NCBI GenBank assembly: GCA_036398035.1
Contig: DASWHU010000240.1
Coordinates: 1 to 41,674 of the forward strand
DNA from: Alphaproteobacteria bacterium
GTDB taxonomy: Bacteria; Pseudomonadota; Alphaproteobacteria; UBA7887
Reading direction: 5' to 3'
Length of the DNA stretch: 41,674 nucleotides
Of the stretch, positions 15,627-24,430 are shown piece after piece. Position 1 is the first letter of the stretch. Each line of letters begins with the position of its first letter. A program made the position numbers and the translations under genes. Under the pieces are notes generated by a model. It did no database searches. It had not been told where the DNA came from and worked only from the letters and a program-made list of their open reading frames with translations.

Positions 15627-17429
15627 TCACGGCGCCAGCGCGAACGCGATCACCGCATCGCCCTGCGGGAACCCGAACAGGTGATGGCCGCCGGCTGCGA
15701 CCGCGACGTACTGGATGCCGTCGACCTGATAGGTAACCGGCGGCGCGTTGACCCCGGCGCCGCACTGGAACCGCCACAGCCGCGCGCCGGTGGCCGAGTC
15801 ATAGGCGTTGAGATAGCCGTTGCCCTCGCCCATGAACACCAGGTCGCCGGCGGTCGCCAGCACGCCGCCGAGCAGCACATCGTCGCTCTTGACCTGCCAG
15901 CGGATGCGGCCGGCGTCGGCGAGGTCGATGGCGCTGAGCGTGCCCCAGCGCGGCTCGTTCGCGACCTCGAGCACCGAATAGCGCCGCGCCGGCTTGTCCG
16001 CAGTCGCCGGCCGCTCGCGCACGCTGTAGGTGGTCGGCATGTGCAACGCCGCCAGATAGGCGAGCCCGGTGCGCGGATCGAACGAGGCCGGCGACCACGA
16101 CGCGCCGCCGCCCGCGCCCGGCGCGATGGTCACGCCTTCGCCGGTCGGGCGCCGGAACATGTTGCTTTGCGGGACGAACGGTTCCGACTTGAACAACAGC
16201 TCGCCGGTCGCGCGGTCGAGCACGTACATCCACCCGGTCTTGGACGCCGAGGCCACCGCCTTGACCGTGCCGCCGTCGCGCGCGAGGTCGACCAGCACCG
16301 GCGGCGTGCCGACGTCGTAGCCCCACAGGTCGTGCGGCACCTGCTGATAGAACCAGCGCAGCTCGCCGCTGCGCGCGTCGAGCGCCACCAGCGCCACCGT
16401 GTACAGGTTGTCGCCCGGGCGCGAGACGTCGTCCATCTGCGGCGCCGGATTGCCGGTGCCGAGATAGAGCAGCCCGAGCTCGGGATCGAGCGACGGCGTC
16501 GACCAGGTCGAGCCGCCGCCGACCTGCCACGCATCCGCGTACTCCGCCTGGCGCGCCCGCTCGGCGGCGATGTCACGTTCGAGCGCCACCCCGTCGGGCG
16601 TGTGCGTGCGCCACTCCCCTTCCCAGCCGTCGGCCTTGGTGGTGTACCAGCGCCACGCCTCGGCGCCGGTCTTCGCGTCGAAGGCGGCGAGATAGCCGCG
16701 CCGGCCGAACTGTCCCTCGAAGCCGATCACCGCGCCGAGCTGGTTGCCCTCGGCGTCATCGACATGCAGGCCGTAGCCCGCGCCGGTGACTCCCGCGATC
16801 ACCAGGCCGTCGAACACCAGCGGCGCCATGTTGGCGCCGAGCCCGCTGGCGCCGGTCACGCGCTGGCCGCGCAGCGGGTCGTCGGCGGCAAGCTCGGACA
16901 AGGTCTCGGTCGGCCTGGTGTCGGGGGCGGCGATGGTAACGTCCCATTTGACCGCGCCGGTGGCCTGGTCGAGCGCCACCAGCCGGCCGTCGGCGGTGGC
17001 CATGTAGACCGCGCCGTAGCCGAGCGCCGCGCCGCGGTTGGCCGGCCCGCAGCACAGCTTGTCGGTGACCATCTGGTGGCGGTAGCGCCAGACTTGCTCG
17101 CCGCTGGCGGCGTCGAGCGCGACCACGTCGTTGCGCGGCGTGGTCAGGTACATGATGCCGTCGGCGACCACGGGCGTGGCCTGGAACGTGGCGCTGATCC
17201 CGGTCTGGTAGATCCAGCGCGGCACCAGCCTCGCCACCGACGTGCGGTCGATCTGGTCAAGGCTCGAGAACCGATGGTGGGCGTAGCCGTGGCCATAGGA
17301 CAGCCAGTCGCCGCTGGCCGGCGACTCGGCCCGCAGCCGGGCATCGTCGACCGGGCCCGCCGCCGCCGCCGCGGCCAGCGACACGCCAAGCAGCGCCCCG
17401 GCAAGACTCGTCTTATGATGAGATTTCAT
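15627..17429 (-). CDS. PQQ-dependent dehydrogenase-family beta-propeller protein (Cys-Cys present; Gly at the catalytic-Asp position)
   Basis: 600 aa with a signal peptide (MKSHHKTSLAGALLGVSLAAAAAA). Landmarks are KLCCGPANRG and GGGSTWSTPSLDPELGLLYLGTGNPAP. PHDLWGYDVG sits where paralogs have W-D-x-D. Confidence 0.8.
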   Translation of the reverse strand: MKSHHKTSLAGALLGVSLAAAAAAGPVDDARLRAESPASGDWLSYGHGYAHHRFSSLDQIDRTSVARLVPRWIYQTGISATFQATPVVADGIMYLTTPRNDVVALDAASGEQVWRYRHQMVTDKLCCGPANRGAALGYGAVYMATADGRLVALDQATGAVKWDVTIAAPDTRPTETLSELAADDPLRGQRVTGASGLGANMAPLVFDGLVIAGVTGAGYGLHVDDAEGNQLGAVIGFEGQFGRRGYLAAFDAKTGAEAWRWYTTKADGWEGEWRTHTPDGVALERDIAAERARQAEYADAWQVGGGSTWSTPSLDPELGLLYLGTGNPAPQMDDVSRPGDNLYTVALVALDARSGELRWFYQQVPHDLWGYDVGTPPVLVDLARDGGTVKAVASASKTGWMYVLDRATGELLFKSEPFVPQSNMFRRPTGEGVTIAPGAGGGASWSPASFDPRTGLAYLAALHMPTTYSVRERPATADKPARRYSVLEVANEPRWGTLSAIDLADAGRIRWQVKSDDVLLGGVLATAGDLVFMGEGNGYLNAYDSATGARLWRFQCGAGVNAPPVTYQVDGIQYVAVAAGGHHLFGFPQGDAVIAFALAP

Positions 17430-17601
17430 TGTCCTTTCCCGCCTCCCTCGGCAACGGCGTCCCCGAACACCGATCTTGAAAGGGCGAGGCAGGCAAGTCT
17501 ACTGCGGCCGCCCGACCACCGCGCGCCGGCTCTTGCGCCGGTGCGTGGCGGTCGCCAAGTCTAGCAGTTCGCAGGCACCGTGAACGGATGAGGTCGAAGC
17601 G

Positions 17602-18489
17602 ATGACATCGGCAACCGGGACGACCCGCCCGGCGGACGCGACCGCGCGCCTGCGCGGCGTTCGCCGCACCGTCACCGGCATGCCCGCCTCCGACGGCGCC
17701 GGAGTGCGGCTGAGCCGGATCATCGGCCAGCCGGGGCTCGACATGGTCGATCCGTTCCTGCTCCTCGACGAGTTCAAGTCCGACCGGCCCGAGGACTACA
17801 TCGCCGGCTTCCCGGAGCATCCGCATCGCGGCTTCGAGACCGTCACCTACATGATCGCCGGGCGCGTCCGCCACGCCGACAACAAGGGCCATGCCGGCGT
17901 CATCGAGGCCGGCGGCGTGCAGTGGATGACCGCCGGGCGCGGCATCGTCCATTCGGAGATGCCCGAGCAGGAGGACGGCCTGCTGTGGGGCTTCCAGCTG
18001 TGGGTCAACCTGCCCGCCGCCGACAAGATGAAGCCGCCCGCCTACCAGGAGTTCCCCGCCGAGCGCATTCCCGCGGAGAGCCGCGACGGCGGCGTGGTCG
18101 TGCGCGTGATCGCCGGTACCACCGCGCCCGGCACCACCGGGCCCGTGACCGGCATCCCGACCGCGCCGGCCTATCTCGACGTGGCGCTCGCCGCCGGCAG
18201 CCGTTTCGAGGAGCCGCTGCCCGCGGCATCGAGCGCGTTCGTCTATCCGTTCCAGGGCAAGGTCCGCGTCGCCGGCAACGGCGCGGCCACCGAGCTTGCC
18301 GCGGGCACGCTCGGCCTGCTCGGGCCCGGCGACGTGGTGCGCATCGAGGCCGGCGACGACGACGCCCGCCTGCTGCTCGTCGCCGGCCGCCCGCTCGGCG
18401 AGCCGGTCGCCCGTTACGGCCCGTTCGTGATGTCGACCAAGGCCGAGCTGACGCGGGCCTACCAGGACTTCCAGGCCGGCCGCTTCTGA
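17602..18489 (+). CDS. pirin family protein
   Basis: 295 aa. Cupin metal-site motifs are HPHRGFETVTYM and QWMTAGRGIVHSEMP. Confidence 0.85.
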   Translation: MTSATGTTRPADATARLRGVRRTVTGMPASDGAGVRLSRIIGQPGLDMVDPFLLLDEFKSDRPEDYIAGFPEHPHRGFETVTYMIAGRVRHADNKGHAGVIEAGGVQWMTAGRGIVHSEMPEQEDGLLWGFQLWVNLPAADKMKPPAYQEFPAERIPAESRDGGVVVRVIAGTTAPGTTGPVTGIPTAPAYLDVALAAGSRFEEPLPAASSAFVYPFQGKVRVAGNGAATELAAGTLGLLGPGDVVRIEAGDDDARLLLVAGRPLGEPVARYGPFVMSTKAELTRAYQDFQAGRF

Positions 18490-18507
18490 GCGCGGCTTGC
18501 CCGCGCC

Positions 18508-19284
18508 TCAGCGACCCTTGAACACTGGCGCGCGCTTGTCGCGGAACGCGGTCATGCCCTCGATCCGATCCTCGGTCGCGAACGCGCGCAGCACCGCCTG
18601 GCGCTCGAAGGCAAGCCCTGCCGGCAGCCCGGTGGCGTAGGCCGCAAGCACCGCCTGCTTCGCCAGGGCCAGCGCCACCGGCGGCAGGCGGGCGAGCCGC
18701 TCGGCGAGTGCACGTGCCTCGGCGAGCGCCGTGCCGGGTGCGACCAGCTTCGAGACCAGCCCGGCACGGAGCGCGTCCTCGGCGCCGATCGGCTCGCCGG
18801 TCAGCATCATCCACATCGCCAGCGGCTTGCCCGCGATCCGCGTCACCCGCTGGGTGCCGCCGTCGCCGGGCAGCACGCCGATCTTGATCTCGGGCTGGCC
18901 GAAGCGCGCGTCGGCGGCGGCGATGATGATGTCGCAGACCAGCATCAGCTCGTGGCCGCCGCCGAAGGCGTAGCCCTCGACCGCGGCGATCAGCGGCTTG
19001 GCGAAGCGCTCGATCGCCGCCCAGTCGGCGTTGCGCCGCCCGTCGTCGAGCACCTCGGGCCCGCCGGCGTCGGTGAACTCCTTGATGTCGGCGCCGGCCG
19101 AGAACACTTTCGCGCCGCCGGTCAGCACCGCGCACTTGACCGCCGCGTCGGCGTCCGCCCAGGCCAGCTCCTCGGCCAGGCGGTGGATGACGGCGCGGCT
19201 CAGAGCGTTGCGCGCCTCGGGCCGGTTGAGGGTGAGCTGCAGCACCCCGTCCGCCGGCCGCGCGCTCAGTACGGTGTCGGTCAT
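18508..19284 (-). CDS. enoyl-CoA hydratase/isomerase (crotonase) family protein
   Basis: I trimmed the ORF to MTDTVLSARPADGVLQLTLNRPEARNALS. Further landmarks are FSAGADIKEF and GYAFGGGHELMLVCD. Confidence 0.85.
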   Translation of the reverse strand: MTDTVLSARPADGVLQLTLNRPEARNALSRAVIHRLAEELAWADADAAVKCAVLTGGAKVFSAGADIKEFTDAGGPEVLDDGRRNADWAAIERFAKPLIAAVEGYAFGGGHELMLVCDIIIAAADARFGQPEIKIGVLPGDGGTQRVTRIAGKPLAMWMMLTGEPIGAEDALRAGLVSKLVAPGTALAEARALAERLARLPPVALALAKQAVLAAYATGLPAGLAFERQAVLRAFATEDRIEGMTAFRDKRAPVFKGR

Positions 19285-19432
19285 CTCGCGTCCCTGGTGA
19301 GTCGCGGGCGCCGCCCGCGGGCTCGGCCTTGTACTGCGATGCCGCCGGCGCCGTCCACAGCCGGCGGTTTTTCGCCGGCCGGCTTTTGCGCTATACCAGC
19401 GCCCGCAGCGTGGCGCGGAGGGAGGGCCGACC

Positions 19433-20320
19433 ATGAACGAGTCGCAACCGAAGCTCGGTTACATCGGCATCGGCCTGATGGGGACGCCGATGGCCAGGCG
19501 CCTGATCGAGGCCGGCTATGACGTGACCGTCTGGGGCCGCAGCCCGGCCAAGATCGAGCCGGTGCTGGCGGCGGGCGCGCACCGTGCCGACGACGCCGCC
19601 GGCGTCGCGCGCGCCGCCGACATCGTGCTCACCTGCCTGTCGGATACCGCGGCAGTCGACGCGGTGGTGTTCGGCAAAGGCGGCATCGCCGCCGGCGCCG
19701 GCCCCGGCAAGGTGCTGGTCGACATGTCCTCGATCCGTCCCGACGCGGCGCGCGAGATGGCAGCGAGGCTCAAGGCCGAGACCGGCATGGGCTGGATCGA
19801 CGCCCCGGTCTCGGGCGGAGTCGCGGGATCGGAGTCGGGCAACCTCACGGTCATGGCGGGCGGCGCGCAACAGGACTTCGACCGGGTCGCGCCGGTGGTC
19901 GCGCACCTCGCCAAGCGCTTCACCTTGATGGGCCCCAACGGCGCCGGCCAGGCGACCAAGCTGATCAACCAGGTGCTGGTGGGGTGCACGGTCGCGGTGT
20001 TGTCGGAGGCGGCGAGCCTTGCGCTGCGGGCGGGAATCGACGCCGAGCGGATTCCGCAGGCGCTGGCCGGCGGGCGCGCTGATTCCTTGCCGCTGCAACA
20101 GTTCTTCCCGAAGATGGTCAAGGGCGACTTCTTCGTCGAGTCCCACCTGCGCACCATGCTCAAGGACCTCGAGACGGTGCAGGCGCTGGCGCGCGAGACT
20201 ACGACTGCGATGCCGATGACCGGCATGGCGACCGAGCTGCATCGGCTGATGATCCAGCGCGGCTTCGCCGACCGCGACGGCACCGCGCTCGCCATGCTCT
20301 ACCGCGCCGACCCCATCTGA
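19433..20320 (+). CDS. NAD(P)-dependent 3-hydroxyisobutyrate / 2-hydroxy-3-oxopropionate dehydrogenase family oxidoreductase
   Basis: 295 aa. GGAGGGAGG lies upstream. Landmarks are the Rossmann motif LGYIGIGLMGTPMARRL and DAPVSGG. Confidence 0.8.
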   Translation: MNESQPKLGYIGIGLMGTPMARRLIEAGYDVTVWGRSPAKIEPVLAAGAHRADDAAGVARAADIVLTCLSDTAAVDAVVFGKGGIAAGAGPGKVLVDMSSIRPDAAREMAARLKAETGMGWIDAPVSGGVAGSESGNLTVMAGGAQQDFDRVAPVVAHLAKRFTLMGPNGAGQATKLINQVLVGCTVAVLSEAASLALRAGIDAERIPQALAGGRADSLPLQQFFPKMVKGDFFVESHLRTMLKDLETVQALARETTTAMPMTGMATELHRLMIQRGFADRDGTALAMLYRADPI

Positions 20321-20340
20321 GCCAGGCGGCGAGCGGCAAC

Positions 20341-21534
20341 ATGGACATCCTCGACGGCATCCGGGTGCTCTCGTTCAACCACTTCCTGCTCGGGCCGGTG
20401 GGCGTGCAGGTGCTCGGCGACCTCGGCGCCGACGTGATCGCGATCGAGCCGGTCGAGGGCGCGTTCCAGCGCCGCTGGGGCGGCGCCAACCGGCGCGTCG
20501 ACGACGAGACCGTGCTGTTCCTGTGCGCGAGCCGCAACAAGCGGAGCCTGGCCATCGACCTCAAGGCGCCGGCAGCGAAGGAGATCGTCGAGCGGCTCAT
20601 CGCCGGCGCCGACGTGCTGTGCGAGAACTTCCGCCCGGGCGTGATGGACAAGCTCGGCTTCGGCTACGAGCGCGCCCGCGCGATCACGCCCTCGCTCGTC
20701 TACGCCTCGGCCTCGGGTTACGGCCAGGACGGGCCCTACCGCGACCGCCCGGGGCAGGACCTGATCGTCCAGGCGATGTCGGGGCTGATGAACATCAACG
20801 GCAGCGTCGACCAGCCGCCGATCCCGATCGGGGTCTCGGCCGCCGACCATCACGGCGCGCAGGTGCTCGCCATGGGCATCCTGGCGGCGCTGGTCCGGCG
20901 CGCGCGCACCGGCCGCGGCTGCCGGGTCGATGTGAACCTCTTATCCGCCGCCCTCGATTTACAGATGGAGTCGCTGGTCGCCTTCGCCAACGGCGCGCCG
21001 GTCTCGCAGCGCCCGCCGGCGCATATCGCCGGCTGGTACTACCCGGCCCCGTACGGCGTCTACCGCACCGCCGACGGCCATATCGCGATCTCGCTGGCGT
21101 CGATGACCACGCTCGCCGACGCGCTCGAAATGCCCGCGCTCGCCGAGGTCTCCGACGACGAGACCTTCACCCGCAACGGCGACATCGCGTCGCTGATACA
21201 GGAACGGGTCGCGGGGGTCGCCTGCGCCGAGGTCGAAGCGATGCTCGAGCGCCACAAGCTGTGGTACGCGCGGGTCAACGACTACACCGCGGTATTGAAC
21301 GACCCCCAGGTCAGGCACAACGGCTCGGTCATCACCACCGACAACGCCCACGGCACGCCGGTCAGGCTGCTCGCCCATCCGGTGCGCTACGACGGCGAGG
21401 TGCCGCCGGTGCGCATCCCGCCGCAGCCCTTGGGCGCCCAGACCGCCGACATCCTGGCCGAGCTCGGCTACGCGCGCGACGATATCGACCGCCTCGCCGC
21501 GGCCGGCGTGGTGCGGGTCGCCGGCCGCGCATAG
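20341..21534 (+). CDS. CaiB/BaiF family III CoA-transferase
   Basis: 397 aa. Landmarks are GIRVLSFNHFLLGPVGVQVLGDLGADVI, ENFRPGVMDKLG and PGQDLIVQAMSGLM. Confidence 0.85.
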   Translation: MDILDGIRVLSFNHFLLGPVGVQVLGDLGADVIAIEPVEGAFQRRWGGANRRVDDETVLFLCASRNKRSLAIDLKAPAAKEIVERLIAGADVLCENFRPGVMDKLGFGYERARAITPSLVYASASGYGQDGPYRDRPGQDLIVQAMSGLMNINGSVDQPPIPIGVSAADHHGAQVLAMGILAALVRRARTGRGCRVDVNLLSAALDLQMESLVAFANGAPVSQRPPAHIAGWYYPAPYGVYRTADGHIAISLASMTTLADALEMPALAEVSDDETFTRNGDIASLIQERVAGVACAEVEAMLERHKLWYARVNDYTAVLNDPQVRHNGSVITTDNAHGTPVRLLAHPVRYDGEVPPVRIPPQPLGAQTADILAELGYARDDIDRLAAAGVVRVAGRA

Positions 21535-21645
21535 GAGCGACACCGGCGAGCGCGCTGACGCTTGACGCCGCCAGCGGGTCTGTCGCCGGGGCGGACTTGG
21601 CGTTAAGATGGCGGGCGAAAAGAGATCGAACCGCGGAGGCCGGCC

Positions 21646-22611
21646 ATGCGGCGCTTTCCCGACTTCGAGCCCAAGGGCGTGATCCCGGCGACCCTGATGG
21701 CGTTCGACGACGACTTTGGAATCGACGAGGCCGGCGCGCGCAAGCATTTGCGCGACGTCGCCGCCACCCCGGGGCTCGCCGCGGTCACGGTCAACGGCCA
21801 CGCTTCCGAGGTCCACGCCTGCACGTTCGACGAGCAGCAACGCATCCTCGAGTTCTCGCTTGACGAGGTCGGCGACCGGCTTCCCGTGATCAACGGCGTC
21901 TACGCCGACGGCAGCCTCGAGGCGGCGCGCATCGCGCGCATGTCCGAGACGTGCGGCGCGGCGTGCCTGCTGGTGTTCCCGCCGCAGAGCATGATCATGG
22001 GCGGCCAGCTCCGCCCCGAGATGGCGCTCGGCCACTTCAAGACCATCGCCGCCGCCACCGACCTGCCGATTATCGTGTTCCAGTACCCGATGACCTCGGG
22101 CCTCGGCTATCCGTTCGACACCCTGCTCAGGATGGTCGACGAGGTGCCGACCATCCGCGCGATCAAGGACTGGTCGAACGATGCCATGCTGCATGAGCGC
22201 CACACCCGCACGCTTCAGTCCTTGGCGCGCCCGATCACCGTGCTCACCACCCACAGCGCCTGGTTGATGAGCTCGCTGGTGATGGGCGCGCAGGGGCTGC
22301 TGTCCGGCGCCGGCAGCGTCATTCCCGATCTTCAGGTCGCGCTGTTCGAAGCGGTGCAGGCCAAGGACCTCGCCCGCGCGCAGGCGATCAACGATCGCAT
22401 CTATCCTTTGTCGCAGGTGTTCTACGCGCCGCCGTTCCTCGACATGCACAACCGCATGAAGGAGTGCCTGCGCCTGCTCGGCCGCCTCGACAAGGCGGTG
22501 GTGCGCCCGCCGCTGATGAAGCTTAGCGAGGCCGAGATCGCGCGCCTGCAACAGGCGCTCGATGAGGCCGCGATCGCGCCCGAGGGTGCCCTCGGCCTCG
22601 CCGCCGAGTAG
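21646..22611 (+). CDS. dihydrodipicolinate synthase (DapA/NAL) family lyase
   Basis: 321 aa with GGAGG upstream. The overall pattern (GVIPATLMAF..., VNGHASE, PIIVFQYP) fits DHDPS-like class I aldolases. The substrate is unknown. Confidence 0.65.
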   Translation: MRRFPDFEPKGVIPATLMAFDDDFGIDEAGARKHLRDVAATPGLAAVTVNGHASEVHACTFDEQQRILEFSLDEVGDRLPVINGVYADGSLEAARIARMSETCGAACLLVFPPQSMIMGGQLRPEMALGHFKTIAAATDLPIIVFQYPMTSGLGYPFDTLLRMVDEVPTIRAIKDWSNDAMLHERHTRTLQSLARPITVLTTHSAWLMSSLVMGAQGLLSGAGSVIPDLQVALFEAVQAKDLARAQAINDRIYPLSQVFYAPPFLDMHNRMKECLRLLGRLDKAVVRPPLMKLSEAEIARLQQALDEAAIAPEGALGLAAE

Positions 22612-22671
22612 GCCCGGCCGAGGACTACGCGCCTTCGCCCCGCGCGCGTGCGTGCGGGGTCGCGCGTCATC

Positions 22672-24387
22672 ATGACCGGGCTGTTCGACCCCGGGCGGAT
22701 CGGCCCGGTCGAGATACCGAACCGCATCGTCATGCCGTCGATGACCACGCGCACGGCCGACGAGGCGGGCTTCGTCACCGACGACACCGTTGCCTACTTC
22801 GCCGCCCGCGCGCGCGGCGGGGTGGGCCTGGTCACGGTTGAGATGTCGGCGCCCGAGCCCGCCGGCCGCCATCGCCTGCGCGAGCTCGGCATCGCCGACG
22901 ACCGCTTTGTGCCCGGCCTCGGGCGCCTGGTCGCGGCGATCCACGACGCCGGCGCGCGCGCGGCGATCCAGCTTGGCCATGGCGGCGGCCACACCCGCGC
23001 GGACGTGTGCGGCGAGCCGCCGATCGCGCCCTCCGCTGTGCCGCATCAAGTCTTCGAGCGCACCATGGAGACGGTGGTTCCGGTGGCGATGACGCGGGCG
23101 CGCATCGGCCAGACCACCCGGGCGTTCGTCGATGCGGCGCTGCGCGCGCAAGCAGCCGGCTTCGACTGCGTCGAGATCCACGCCGCCCACGGCTACCTGA
23201 TCTCGCAGTTCCTGTGCCCGGCGGAGAACACGCGCACCGACGACTACGGCGGCGCGCTGGAGAACCGGGCGCGCTTCGGCCTCGACATCCTGCGCCGGGT
23301 CAAGGCGGCGGCCCCGGGGCTCGGGGTCATCTTCCGGCTCACGGTCGACGACTACTTCGCCGGCGGCATGCCCGCGGCCGACGGCATCCGCGTCGCCGAG
23401 TGGGCCGCGGCCGCCGGCGCCGACGCGATCCACGTCTCGGCGGGCCACTACCGCTCGCTGCCGGCGACCATGATGATCCCGCCGATGGCCATGCCCGAGG
23501 CGACCTTCCTGCACCTCGCCGCGGCGGTGAAGGCGCGCGTCGCGGTGCCGGTGATCGCGGTCGGCCGGCTTGGCGATCCCGCGCTGGCCAAGGCCGCGGT
23601 CGCGGACGGCAAGGCCGACTTCGTCGCGCTCGGCCGCGGCCTGCTTGCCGACCCCGACTGGCCCGACAAGGTCCGGCGCGGCGTCGCGCCCCGGCATTGC
23701 CTCGCCTGCCTCGCCTGCATCGACGGCATGCGCGCGGGCAGCCGGCTGCACTGCATCGTCAACCCGACCACCGGGCGCGAGCGCGCCTTCGCCGAGGCGC
23801 GCCCGCCCGCGGGCGAGCGCATCGCCGTGATCGGCGCGGGGCCGGCGGGCTTGTCCTATGCCGAGCTCGTCGCCGGCGCCAACCGGGTCACGGTGTTCGA
23901 GCGCGCCAAGGTGCTCGGCGGCGCGTTGAGGCTCGCCGCCCGGGCGCCGCTGTTCGAGAACGTCGCCGCCGCGCCGGCATCGTTCGCCGCCTACATATCC
24001 GCGCTCGAGGCCGCGTGCCGGGCAAAGGGCGTCGACATCCGCACCGGCACCGATCCGATGCGCGATCCGCGCCTGCTCGACGGGTTCGACCGGGTGGTCA
24101 TCGCCACCGGCGCCGGCTATCGGTTCTGGCTCAGGCCGGTGGTGCGCGCGCTGCTCGTGACCGGCCTCGCTCGCCTGCCGGGGCTGCGCGCCCTGCTCGC
24201 CCGCCCGCGGCTGCGCGACTGGTTCTACACCCGTGCGCGTGCGGGGCGCGGCGCCGCCCTCGCAGGGCGCGCGCCTCCCGGCCAGGTGGTCGAGGTAATC
24301 GGCGATGCGCGCCGGGCCGGCAAGACCGGCGCCGCCGTGCGCGACGCCTTCGAGGCCGCCCTTCTCCGCCCCGCAGTGCGCGGCTGA
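22672..24387 (+). CDS. NADH:flavin oxidoreductase (Old Yellow Enzyme family) fused to an FAD/NAD(P)-binding domain, 2,4-dienoyl-CoA reductase-like
   Basis: I trimmed the ORF to MTGLFDPGRIGPVEIPNRIVMPSMTT. Landmarks are GFDCVEIHAAHGYLISQFL, the Cys cluster RHCLACLACIDG, and then the dinucleotide fold IAVIGAGPAGLS. Confidence 0.8.
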   Translation: MTGLFDPGRIGPVEIPNRIVMPSMTTRTADEAGFVTDDTVAYFAARARGGVGLVTVEMSAPEPAGRHRLRELGIADDRFVPGLGRLVAAIHDAGARAAIQLGHGGGHTRADVCGEPPIAPSAVPHQVFERTMETVVPVAMTRARIGQTTRAFVDAALRAQAAGFDCVEIHAAHGYLISQFLCPAENTRTDDYGGALENRARFGLDILRRVKAAAPGLGVIFRLTVDDYFAGGMPAADGIRVAEWAAAAGADAIHVSAGHYRSLPATMMIPPMAMPEATFLHLAAAVKARVAVPVIAVGRLGDPALAKAAVADGKADFVALGRGLLADPDWPDKVRRGVAPRHCLACLACIDGMRAGSRLHCIVNPTTGRERAFAEARPPAGERIAVIGAGPAGLSYAELVAGANRVTVFERAKVLGGALRLAARAPLFENVAAAPASFAAYISALEAACRAKGVDIRTGTDPMRDPRLLDGFDRVVIATGAGYRFWLRPVVRALLVTGLARLPGLRALLARPRLRDWFYTRARAGRGAALAGRAPPGQVVEVIGDARRAGKTGAAVRDAFEAALLRPAVRG

Positions 24388-24430
24388 ACGAAGGGAAACC
24401 TGTCAAAACGGAGCTGGACTGGCGGCGGCG

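Noticed and set aside
17542-17557. A GG-N10-GC sigma-54-like match (TGGCGACCGCCACGCA on the minus strand) upstream of the PQQ-DH/Rieske operon.
   Set aside because: The -12 region (ACGC) does not resemble TTGC, and such spacing arises readily by chance in this GC-rich DNA. It is weaker than the 39793..39808 candidate, which is itself speculative.
20959-23751. A 930-aa minus-strand ORF.
   Set aside because: It is antisense to three well-supported plus-strand genes (CoA-transferase, DHDPS-family, OYE-family). Its composition is dominated by Arg, Ala, Gly, Asp and His, and I recognised no motifs. It is a GC-rich antisense artefact.
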